Assembly (NCBI RefSeq): GCF_001194135.2
Contig: NC_068985.1
Coordinates: 21,591,537-21,655,536, forward strand
DNA length: 64,000 nucleotides
Source of the DNA: Octopus bimaculoides
Lineage: Eukaryota
Direction of reading: 5' to 3'
Each line of letters opens with the position of its first letter. The stretch's first letter is position 1. Shown here one piece after another: positions 21,222 through 33,700 of the stretch. The position numbers and the translations under genes were made by a program. Under the pieces are notes generated by a model. That model was not told the origin of the DNA. It was given only the letters and a program-made list of their open reading frames with translations, and did no database searches.

Positions 21222-23479
21222 GCAGTTTGGACAATAAAACTGTGCCTTCCATTGTAAATGGATGATAACTGATCATGCCTCTTTGTTTTATATTCAAGCA
21301 CATTCAATGTCTGCAGATGAAATCACTGTAATTCCAGTCTTAATATTTGTGGACTTCCTTGTACATAGCCATAACTTTTTAATGCCACTGATGTTGTATG
21401 CTAACTTACTGCCATTAAAATTATCAAAATATCTATCTTGTTTGTCAATTACTTTCAAGTATCTTCTAATAATTGTTGGTATCTTAACTACAAACAGTTT
21501 ATTCATTGTTTTTGGAACTGATTGCTATTCCTCAAGAAGTTATGTTGCTCATCTTAGGGTGAAAGTTACTGGACAATTTCTGCTCTGGTTTTGATTTCAG
21601 CCTCTGTAACCAGAAGTCTGTTAAGTTGCCACTTTGTGTTGGTAGGAAAACTGCTTCTTGTTTGAGATCCAAGTAGGGTTATAAACATTTACAGTTCCAG
21701 GTCAAGATACTTTTAGAGGAGTAAAATGAAAGGGATGCAAAAAACATTAGTTTTAATAAATTGCTTATATTTTACACTTGGGAATACATGATGCTCAACT
21801 TAGTTTGGTGGTTAATGCTGGATTTCTCCAGATCCTGTCTTGGGAATAAACATGACTTGACAGTGTTGCTACTACATGTTGCATCAGTACTAGAGATGTT
21901 TAAGACTGACAGTTTTCATTATCCTAAATATACATGTGAGGTGGAAAGGTTGCCAAAGTCGTAAATCTTCGATGGGAGTTCTTAGAGCCAATTATATTTC
22001 AATTTCTTTTCCATTCCTATACAGGTAGTCAAATCTTCAGTCCAAAAATACTTGGAACATTTTAACCTTGGACAGAATAATCAAACACCAGAACAATAGG
22101 CGTTGTGATGACATTGGGAGTAGGTCTTTTCGGTAGGAGATATCCTAATAAGCTGGATAGCTTGCTAGTAACTATCTTACAAAAACTAGAAAAAGTGACT
22201 TTACAAAAGAACCTCTTCTTCAACAATTGAATGCGTTCCTTCTTAAAAGTTAAATGGTTCATTTGTCTTAGGGAGGAACTTACTACGAGACATCTGGTAA
22301 GGGGTTCAGTATCTACAGTACTCTCCTTTTAATAGGGGCTAGTTTCAAGTCACTTCACTATATACAAGCTATTGTTTGTACTGGCCTGGGCACTACTGTG
22401 GATAACTGTTATTTTCTTCCTAACTACATTGATTTGGGTTCAATACCGATGCGGAAATTTTTTGCCTCTTCTACAGACTCTGGCTTGAGTGGATTTGGTT
22501 GGCAGGAGCCTGTTATGTGTGAGTGAACTTTGCATCCTCCCACACCGTGTGCTTGCTGGTTACTAACAGTGCCCTTCCTATTTATGCAGATGGTGTCATT
22601 TCCTTCCAGTCTACCACAAAAGTGCAACTATGTTAATCAATATCTCCTTCAAATGATATAATTTTCTACATAACCATGTCTTTGCTGTTTTGATGGATTG
22701 GCATCTGGTTGTAGAATTAACTGCCAGCATATTTTCATCTGCTCTGTACCCTCATGGAAAAGTAGACATCAAACTTATGATTTGCTGCTGATGGATTATG
22801 ATCCAAGTGCTTAGGATATGGTCCAAAGTGATCATGGATAGTTCCACTAGTATGATTTGGCTGCACCCATTCCTTTCTTTTCTCTTGTATTCATGTCCAG
22901 AGGAGGTATTTTCTTCACTTTTCAGCTCATTTAAAATAAAAGGGTATTAGATGCCTGGATGACCACATACATGTATGCACGTGGACTCAACTTATACATC
23001 ATACACACTTATAAATTGAGCATTACTTTACCCTTAGAAAGATGCTGCTTGCCCCAGATTTGCTGTTCATGTGCACTGAAATGTGGAAAATTTTTGTTTT
23101 TGTAGAAAGTACCAAATAGCATAATTTTAGATGAATCCTTTTTTTCTCATCAATCTATTTTCTACACTGGTGTCCCCAACATGATTTGATGTATGTACAT
23201 GGTGTGACAGCAAGTAACACCTTAATATTTTAAGTTTTAGCATTGAATTCAATATAATTTGTCCCATCAGAGCTTTTTTCTTTTTTCTGTTACTACTAGT
23301 GTTCCTTGGACATTATATGGCAATTGTAGAACAACTACAGTGACACTATCATTACCAATGCTAAAGACAACTCAGCCACTCCTATGCAATATTTACAACT
23401 GAACTTGTTTCCATCCTGAAAATCCTTTCTATAATTATTTTTACACAATTTTTATTTTTTTATTTTGTCATTTAAATAC

Positions 23480-25135
23480 TTTATTGATTACTCACTGTGA
23501 AAGGCTGCCTTATGTGGACGATCAGAAGGACCAGCTTTCCAAATTGATGAGGCAACGAAGGATATGAAGACTGGGGAAAGACCCCTGCCTTTCAGGAATC
23601 ACCACTGAGATGCTTAAAATATGTGGCAGGGTGAGACGGCCTAGCCACCTTGTACAGTTAATCATGTCCAACAAAAAAAGTCATATCTAATGACTATAGT
23701 CAACTACTACAAAGGTAAAGGTGATGCCTAAGTTAATTTTACAGAGGTACCGATCAGACAGACTAGCGTGGGGAAGTTATAGAGAGGGCCATAGTTCAAG
23801 TTAACCCTGTTGAGATGCAGTTTGGTTTTGCATCAGGGTGAAGCACCTGATGCTACCATCCTGGTAAAGCAGCTACAGAGGTATTCGACAATGAATAAAC
23901 CTGAACTTGACACAAATACACTGCTCCGTCATCTGGCGGTCAATGCAGAAGCTAGGGATGAGTGGTTGGTGAGAGCTGTTCAGGTACGCTGTCAGTAAGT
24001 TGATGGTTGACAATGAATTCAGTGTACAGGTAGTTTACCAAGGATCAGTTCTTATCCCCTTCTTGTTCATCATAGTCCCCCAGGAGGTAACAGGCTGCCC
24101 ATGGGAGCTCCTCTATGCTGATGCTCTTGTTCTTACAGCTGAGTCAGTATCTGAAGTAGAGGAAATTTTAGGTTTGGAGTCTAGTAGGAAACAAATCCTT
24201 TCAGGGAGATAGCCCTACTTGGTAGGGAGGGAAGGTGTTGGTAGAAATTCTAAGTGATATACCCAGCTATGCATGCACAAGGTGCAGTAGTCTTCGTGTA
24301 TGGTAGATGTGCAGGTACAGTAAGAGCTAAATGTAGTCTTCAACAAATATCTGGGGGAACCCTTAGAAGTAGTAGATGGCATCTGTTACCTTGGTGACCA
24401 AGTTAGCATTAGAGTAGGAAGTTCTGAAAGCATAATTGCTAGAATAAGAACAAACTGAGCAAATGCCCTCTCCTTCAGCATGAAAAGCGGATTATATGAT
24501 ACTTGTATACATTACAACAATGCTACATGGGTTACAACCATAGAGGACTTGCAAAGGCTTGAGAGAAAGGAAGCCAGCATGTTCCACTGGACAGGTAATG
24601 TAAGTGCACGTGCAGCAGGGTAAAAGATTTAAGAGAAAAATTGGGTATCAGATGTAGCACGCAAGAGAGAAGAATGCTGGTATGATCACATGGTATGTAT
24701 GGATGAGGACAGCTACATTAAAAAGTGTCCAACTCTAATTGTGGAGGGAATGTATGGAAGGGGTAGACTCAAGGAGGCATGGAAAGAAGTGGTGAGAAAG
24801 GATCTTGTACCTCACTGGGGAAATGACAAGGAACTGAGACTGGCAGTTTGCTGTGCTTGAGAAAAAGCATAAGTATAATTTCGGCTATCCTTTACAGCGA
24901 TGCACCTCCTAATCCCTCTCTCAGTCAATGGGACCTTGTTTTGTAAGCTCGTGGGTACTGGTGCCATATAAAAAGCACCCAGTACACTCTGTAAAGTGGT
25001 TGATGTTAGGAAGGATGTCTAGCTGTAGAAACCATACCAAAACTGACAATCGGAATTTGGTGCATCTCTGGCTTGTCAGCTCCTGTTGAACTGTCTGACC
25101 CAGACCAGATTGGAAATGGACATTAAATGATGACA
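23480..25135 (+). mobile_element. Degenerate RTE-clade LINE fragment
   Basis: RT motifs (QGSVLIPFLFII, GCPWELLYADALVL) with stops and frameshifts, followed by the shared (TGA)n tail. Confidence 0.8.
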
Positions 25136-25496
25136 TTTTCATTTTAGCACCAAGAAAACACAGATTTAAATTTTCACAAATTTTTGATCAAAATAATACC
25201 TCTGGAACCTAGTCTCTTAAGTAATCCACATTTTATGAAGTCTTTGAAAGTTTTTCTCTAATGGTCTTAATTCTAACTTAAGAGTGTAAATCTTATCTTT
25301 ATTTAAACCTGCTTTACAAAACTATTAAATTAACAGGCACATCAACAAGCCACCAACTTCAAAATTAACACCAGCAACGTTCTTATAACCACTTCCTCCT
25401 GCATGCAAAATAGTCCTGTCGCAATTGTGTCTGCTGAGCAAGTCATCCTCAAAGCTTTACAAACCCCATCTTCCATTCATTACAAATCCTTTAAAA

Positions 25497-25772
25497 CTGG
25501 GGTTTTCAAACTTTTTGACTTGCAGACCCCTTTATATTTCAGGCTTTATCTTAGGGACCCCCTTATAAACGCTATGAAATTTATACAAAAATATTTGCTT
25601 AAAATAACATATTTTTACATTTATTTATTTAACAGTATTTAGCAAATAGGTTTATTGTCAATTAAAAGATTTCGATTAAAAAGCATATATAAAATCAAAT
25701 TGCCCATAAAAAGTATTTGCTGTCCATGGACCCCCTGTCTTGTTTTTGCAGACCACAGCTTGAAAACCCCTG
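25497..25772. mobile_element. hAT MITE
   Basis: Ends CTGGGGTTTTCAAACT / AGCTTGAAAACCCCTG; 8-bp TSD CTTTAAAA at 25489-25496 and 25773-25780. Confidence 0.85.
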
Positions 25773-27478
25773 CTTTAAAACTATAAAAAATACCTGTTAG
25801 CACTTCCAACCACATGGTTTTGGATTCAGGTCCACTGCATAGCACCTTTCAGTAAGTGACTTGAACTTGGGATGACCAAAGCCTTGCAAGTGGATCTGGT
25901 TACAGAAGCTGAAACTGTTGTGTGAATGTGTGTGTATTGTCTTGACATTATGTGGGAGGCATTCACCATCTGTTAGTATACTTCTGAGGCCTTTTGGGCA
26001 ACCTGCACAGCAGAGTCCAGCCAGTCCCCATACTCATGATACCTTACCTACCACGACCATACAGCTGACCAACACAAGTTATCGACCCAGCTGGATCTTC
26101 CATGAAGAGAACACAATAAGCAGGATAACCTTGTAAATAAGTGTCAATCATCTCCAATATTCTGCACATACATGTCTGGCAATAAGATGTTGCCTGGCTT
26201 GGAAACAGGTGAAGGTTAACAACAGGAAGGACATCCAGCTGTAGAAAAGCTGCAAGCATGGAAAAGTGGACAATAATGTTTCAATTTCCAGTCATATACA
26301 ACCAGGAGTAGACAAACATTCAGTATCCACTTCTGTGAGTAAATTAATATTTTTCACTCTTAAGAATCCCAGTATTCAACCTTTCTATACACAATAACTA
26401 TCTCATTTCTTTTAAACTGAACCAAGACCTTATTGCTGAACAATAGCCATCTGCAAAGCAAATACCACAAATTGCTATACATAATGATATTAACTGAACT
26501 GGTTTGTATGATTTACAATCACTAAGTTACATATGAACTCACTGATGTTTTCACTGACAGTCATTAGTGAAAACATCATCATCATCGTTTAACGTCCGCC
26601 TTCCATGCTAGCATGGGTTGGACGATTTGACTGAGGACTGGCGAACCAAATAGCTACACCAGGTTCCAATCTGATTTGGCAGAGTTTCTACAGCTGGATG
26701 CCCTTCCTAACGCCAACCACTCAGAGAGTGTAGTGGGTGCTTTTACGTGTCACCCGCACGAAGGCCAGTCAGACGGTACTGGCAACAACCACGCTCAAAA
26801 TGGTGTATTTTACGTGCCACCTGCACAGGAGCCAGTCCAGCGGCACTGGCAATGATCTCGCTCGAATGTTTTTTCACATGCCACCGGCACAAGTACCAGT
26901 AAGGCGACGCTGGTAACGATCATGTTCAAATGATGCTATTTATGTTCCACTGGCACAGAAGCCTATGATGTTGACCAGCTGACAACTCATATATTCGTTC
27001 CTTCTATGACATATTTATTTAACTTGTTAGCATTCAGATTACTTTGTCAAATGTTGACATTATTTTGAATTAACCATGCATTATCTTGTAGATGTGATTG
27101 CTTATTTTTAGAATGACACTATGGAGTAGGCATGAGGGCTGGATCTGATCAGTTTGAACACAAGACAGGTAGAATATTTGGGCTGGATATGACCAGTTTA
27201 AATATAAGCATTTTAGAACAAGCAATTTCAGGTGAAAGGTTAATAAAGATTTGTTACTCTAGTTAGTAACTACAGAAATTATTTACAGGCAAAACAAGAA
27301 GTGAATATTTTGATGTTTTTTAATCAGAGTAAGTTTACATACAATATCAGTAGTGCAAAAATTCATGGCTATATACAAGTGAAACCACATATGTTAAGAA
27401 CTGAATAAAAGTGACTTTTCTGCAGTCACTGGATGTGGATGTGGTTGTGATTGAATGTAAAAAAAAAAAAAAAAAAAA

Positions 27479-27762
27479 NNNNNNNNNNNNNNNNNNNNNN
27501 NNNNNNNNNNNNNNNNNNNNNNNNNNNNNNNNNNNNNNNNNNNNNNNNNNNNNNNNNNNNNNNNNNNNNNNNNNNNNNNNNNNNNNNNNNNNNNNNNNNN
27601 NNNNNNNNNNNNNNNNNNNNNNNNNNNNNNNNNNNNNNNNNNNNNNNNNNNNNNNNNNNNNNNNNNNNNNNNNNNNNNNNNNNNNNNNNNNNNNNNNNNN
27701 NNNNNNNNNNNNNNNNNNNNNNNNNNNNNNNNNNNNNNNNNNNNNNNNNNNNNNNNNNNNNN
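27479..27762. other. Assembly gap (N run)
   Basis: Direct reading. Other gaps: 11113-11654, 13441-13450, 49283-49590, 50691-51247. Confidence 1.
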
Positions 27763-27791
27763 AAAAAAAAAAAAAAAAATGGTTTATATAC

Positions 27792-30700
27792 CAATACTGT
27801 TTCGTCCGCCACTATAACCTCTGTTTCGACTATAGCTGCTGCCGTAACCTCCACCACCACTGCCGTAGCCTCCGCCGCCACCATAACCACCACCACCATA
27901 GCCTCCACCGCCACCGTAGCTTCCTCCACTACGTCTACTGCTATAGCCACCTCCGCCATAGCCACCACTACCGTAGCCACCACCACCATAGCCACCACTA
28001 CCATAACCACCACTTCGGCCGCCATAACCACCACTGCGACCACCATAACCGCCACCACCACCACTACTATAGCCACCATAACCTCCACTGCGTCCGCCAT
28101 AACCGCCACTGCGTCTTCCAGCATAACCTGCAAATAAAGTTAAAATTCAGAAAACCATAGCAGTTGACTTTCAAGAACAGGATTTCATCATACTTATATT
28201 GGAACTACAAAAAATGAATTAACTATCAACATTTCCCTGTGTTGACTCGACCCCATAAATGACAACTTTATACTTAGATACCTAAACTTATAAAGGTCTA
28301 ATTATTTAAATATAATTTTAGTAATATGCATGTAGCCTAAAAGCTGCAGAAAAAATCCCGATAAACAATATTACATTATACTGAACACTTTGCCTACCAT
28401 ATGTGTTACTGGTGATTCCCACAGTACAGAACTGATATAATATTTATTCTGTACTGCGGGAGTCACCAGCGACACTCATGGTATACATCAATGTGGTAAG
28501 TTTATATAGTGAATTGAAACATATACATAGTTTTAAAAAATGTTTAAATTTATAACGAAATGAGGTTGCTGGTGCAAAAAGAAAATATGACATAAAGTGG
28601 GTTTGGTTGGCCACGTGTTAGTCAAATTTTACTCAAATACACATCATACACAATTAGTTTCTCCTTTTTTAAAATATCTGACAGAATGTACCTTAACATT
28701 TCATTCACAATAGGTCTTAACAAAATGAGATAATATCAAAAGCTACTGTACCTCGATTTCTGCCATCATTGTCACCTCTGTTTCTTGCAAAACAGCAGGA
28801 AACAGTTCTGCCATCAATATCAGTACCATCATATTTGTTCAAAGCACTTTTTGCTTTTGATACAGACTCAAATTCCACAAACGCAATTCTAAAATAGAAA
28901 TTTTAAAAGATGGAAAATTCCACTTTGAAAATAATTAATTATACCAAAATCAAACAAATAATACACTATATCATGAACAAATGTTAACTTGCTTATAAAT
29001 AACAAAGTCATTTTACACACCCTTTTGGTTTTCCTGAATCTGAAAATATTGGCATTCGTACAGCAGTAACATCTCTGAAATATGATCGCAAAGAATCTTC
29101 TGTTGTCTCATAGGATAGATTTCTCACTAGTAGCACATTGGATTCTTCAGGTTGATCTTAAATTGACAAAGAGAAAAGAAAATACATGCATAAAATGAAG
29201 TTAATTCAAAGTAAATCATTTAATTTCTATCAAATGAAAGTTTAATAAAGGAGAAAAATTACCATCTCTAAAACCTCTCCTTTGCCGTGAAGTACCTCCT
29301 GCATAGTCTAAGTACAATTTTCGGTCCCCACATTCAACCCCTTGTTTGTTTTCAATGGCATCCTTTACTTCTTCAGCAGTATCAAACTCAACATAGGCAA
29401 ACCTGAAGAAACAAAGACACACATATTACATTTAGGAAATAATGTTTTGATATAAAACTTGCTTGTACCAACCCTTACTAGTTAAATTAATGTGCCTTTT
29501 ACATTTGCTAAATGGAAAACTGTGTTGCAAAACACATCTGATACTACTGAAAAGAGAATATCTAAATATGTGATTGTCTAACTGGTAAGCATAATTTCAA
29601 TAAAACCATCTCAGTAAACTTACCCTCTATGCGTATCTCTCTTGCATGGAATTCGGACATTTCGGGCATCGGGAAATATTTCCATCAGACTGTTCCTAAT
29701 ACTCTCTTCTGAATCATCATAGGACAAGTTCTTCACAAATAGTGATTTTGAATCATCTGGAAAAAAGAAAAAAAAAAGTTTATAACTGAAATTATATTGT
29801 TCAGAGAATAGGAAAAGGCATTTTGTATAATTAACTCAAATGTTACCCGAGTATCTGAGACAACTCAAGTTTACCTATTCATACTGAAATCAAGACATTG
29901 ATGTAAATTATTACTGCATTAGTATTAACAATTTCACTAGACAAACACTTGCCGTGTACTGTCCAGTATTCTTATAATGTGAATTTTATTCTCTAATTTT
30001 TTCTAAATCTTTATTTTCCTCTTATTTCCATAATATATTATCTTTAAAACTTTATAAGCTTCAGGTTTAGAAATAAAGAACCTGAAATTGAACAATTTTT
30101 GGATAGCAGCAGATAAAAAAAAAATGTAGCAAACATAGCACATGACAGGTTGAACCAGATGCTTCAAGTTACAAGGGTTTAAATAATGTCAGGCAGCAGA
30201 AGTGAATGCAATGATATCCAGAAAGACAATAGAGTGAAACTTAAAATATTTCTCTTCCAAATTTTTTTTAGAAGAGACCAGACTTCAGTAGGTTTTCTCA
30301 AAACTAAAAAAGAAACCCTGATTATTTACTTTACTTTATTCCATTTCAAAAGCTACATAGAATAACAGCAAAGACTAATTGCTATGCAAAACATAGCAAT
30401 ACATTTGATAGATAGAGCTTGTATATTGTCTTACAAAGCCAATCTAAACTCACAAATATTTTACAATTACATTCATATGCATAGAGAAGATAAACATACC
30501 CTTATCTCTGTCTGTTCTTTCTGGTTTTGATGCTCCCATGGGCTTACCCTTTTCAAATATCAATATAGACCCTTTAAATTCAATATCCTGCATGGCTAGG
30601 ACTGCCTCAAGGTCATCAGGATTAGCTAAGTCGATATGTGCAAACCTATAAAAGAAGAATACAAAAAAAAATGAATGACAAAGAAGTAGCAAAAAGCACA

Positions 30701-33700
30701 GAAAAACAAACATAAAATGGGTAATAAATAAATCTAATACACACTTTTTATTGTCTTGTTTACGGACAGATGCAAATTCAATTCCTTTCTTCTTAAGAAA
30801 TTTCTCAAATTTCTCAGCAGTCACTTCCAGAGGAACATTTCTACACAGAACTGTCACTGGTTCTATAATGGATTAGAAAAAGTATAACATTCAGTCTTCA
30901 TAACTTAAATCAATACTCATATGGAAAACATTTTAAATTAATCTCCAACAACAAAAACTAATACATATTCTCAGGAGACAAAAATACACTTTTATGGTGG
31001 TACGTTATAAAATCATTCGAGTGAGGTCGTTGCCAGTGCCGCTGGACTGGCTCCCGTGCAGGTGGCACATAAAAAGACACCTTTTGAGCGTGGCCATTGC
31101 CAGTACTGTGTGACTGGCCCTCATGCCGGTGGCACGTAAAAGCACTCACTACACTCTCGGAGTGGTTGGCGTTAGGAAGGGCATCCAGCTGTAGAAACTA
31201 TGCCAGATCAGATTGGAACCTGGTGCAGCCTTCTGGCTTGCCAGTCCTCAGTCAAATCGTCCAACCCATGCTAGCATGGAAAGCGGACGTTAAACGATGA
31301 TGATGATGACTTACATTTCAACAGTAATGCTGGGTGATTTTAATGGCATCATACAAATATACAACCCCTCGGCATAGGTTACTCAGTAGTGACTTCAAGG
31401 CACAGGCATGAAAGAAACCAAGAAGCAAGCCAGTTTGGAAAAAAGGACACAGAAGCCTAAGGATCCTTTGAATAGTTAGAGATTTAGAGACATCCTAACT
31501 GAAGCATTTAATGAGAAAGAGGAGGAGTTACAGACGTGGGACAGTTTATAACTGGAAGTTCCTACGAGACAACTTGCTGAGAGCCATACACCAAATTTAT
31601 GGTTAGTGCAAAATCCCAACTGGACCTAGGTTAACGTGATGATGGAACAGTGTAGTTGACAGGGCCATTAGAACAAAGAAACAGGCTTCGAAGAACTGGA
31701 AGTGTGGTGGTAGCAAGAAGCTACATCAGGCAGCTAGGAGGCAGGTATACTTAGCTAGGGGGTGAAGCAGAAAGGAAAAAAGCTTGCCAATGTTATGCAG
31801 CGCAAAGGCCAGTGGCTTGAAGTGCTTTTTCTTGCAAGTCAGTGTGCCAGGGAAAATTGTGATATTGTTGGAGAGAAGTGTATTCACATGGATGATAGTT
31901 CACCTGCAACGAAAGAAGCTTGAAAGTGCCACTATGAAAGGCTACTAAATGTAGCAAACTTTCGGGAGGAGGAGAGTCTACCTACTGTGGATACAACAGA
32001 GGGACCAGCAATCAAAATAGACAGGAGTCTGATAGATGAAGCCATGAAGACCAGAAAAGCCCCCAGCCTTTCAGGAATCACTGTTGAGATGCTTAAAATA
32101 TCTTGCAGTGTGGGTTATGGCTTAATCACCCATATAGTTAATCAGGTTGTACATGAGGGAGTCATCCCTAAAGATTGGTGTAGCAGCATCATAGCCAACT
32201 GCTACAAAGGTAAAGGTGATACCTAAGACAAATAATTACAGAGCTGTAAATTTTTTAGATCAGGTATTGAAAGTTACAGAGAGGGTCATAGCCCAACTAA
32301 TTAGGAAGAGAGTTAGTGTAGATGAGATGCAATTTGATTTTGTGCCAGGGAGGAGCACCACTGGTGCTATATTTCTGGTAAGGCAGCTGCAGAAGTACCA
32401 AGCCAAAAATAACCCTATATACTTGACTTTTGTTGACATAGAGAAAGCTTTCAACAGGGTTCCCTGCTCCCTTATCTGGTGGCCAATGCATAAACTAAGG
32501 ATAGATGAGTGGTTTGTGAGAGCTGTACAAACTATGTACAGGGATGCTGTCAGTAAGGTGATGGTTGGCAACAAGTATAGCAATGAATTCAGAGTACAAA
32601 TAGGGGTCCACCAAGGATTGGTGCTTAGCACCCTCTTGTTCATCAGTCCTCTAGGCAATAACAGAGGAATTTAAGTCAGGCTGCTGATGACCTTGTTCTT
32701 ATAACTGAATCACTACCAGAACTGGAAAAGAAATTTCAGATGTGGAAGCAAAGTCTAGAATCAAAGGGCCTTAGAGTTAATTTAATAAAAACCAAAGTCT
32801 TAGTAGAAAAGAGGACAAATTAGAAATCCCTTCAGGTAGATGGCCCTGCTCAATATGTAGAAAAGATGCAGGTAGAAACTCTGTAAGATGTACCTGGTGC
32901 AAGCTATGGATACACAAGAAGTGCAGCAATATCAGAGGAAGGTTAACAGGGAAAATAGTATTTGTGCATGGCAGATGCACAAGTACAATAAACACTAAAA
33001 ATGCACAGAAAATAGACTCCATCAAATGGTAGGTGGGGGGTACCTAGAAGTAATTGATAGTTTCCCCTATCTAAATGACCAAGTCAGCAGTGGAGGTGGA
33101 TGCTTCAAGAGCATAGCTGCCAGAATAAGAAGAGGCTGGGCAAAGTTCAGAAAGCTCCTACCTTTGTTGGTAACTAAAAGCCTCTCCCTCAGAGTAAAAG
33201 GCAGATTGTATGATGCCCGTGTGCAAACAGCCATGCTACACAGCAGTGAAATACGGGCTGTGACTGCTGAGGACATGCATGAGCTTGAAAGAATTGAAAC
33301 TAGTATGCTTTGCTGGATGTGCAATGTCAGTGTGCATGTATGACAGAGTGTGAACATCTTGAGTGAAAAGTTAGGTACGAAACATCAGATGTAGTGTGTA
33401 AGAGAGACGACTGTGCTGGTATGGCCATGTGGTGCATATGGATGAGGACAGCTGTGTAAAGAAGTGCTGATCTCTGTGGAGGGAATCTGTGGAAGAGGTA
33501 GACTCAAGAAGACATGAGACGAGGTGGTGAAACATGATCTTTGAACATTAGGCCTCACAGAAGCAATGACAGGTGACCGAGACCTTTGGTGATATGCTGT
33601 GCTTGAGAAGAATTGTCAAGTCAAGCCAAGTGAAATCATAGTCATGGCTGATGCTGGTGTCATGTAATTGGCACCTGTGTCAGTGGCACATAAAAAGCAC

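Noticed and set aside
21900-22950. Possible decayed Penelope-like RT/GIY-YIG sequence on the minus strand
   Set aside because: Only vague motif similarity across many stops; not supportable without a profile search.
27426-28160. Long Thr/Val/His-rich ORFs in the track
   Set aside because: Alternative-frame and antisense readings of the Gly-rich exon of copy B, extended through Ns. The same applies to 20881-21237 and 15979-16293.
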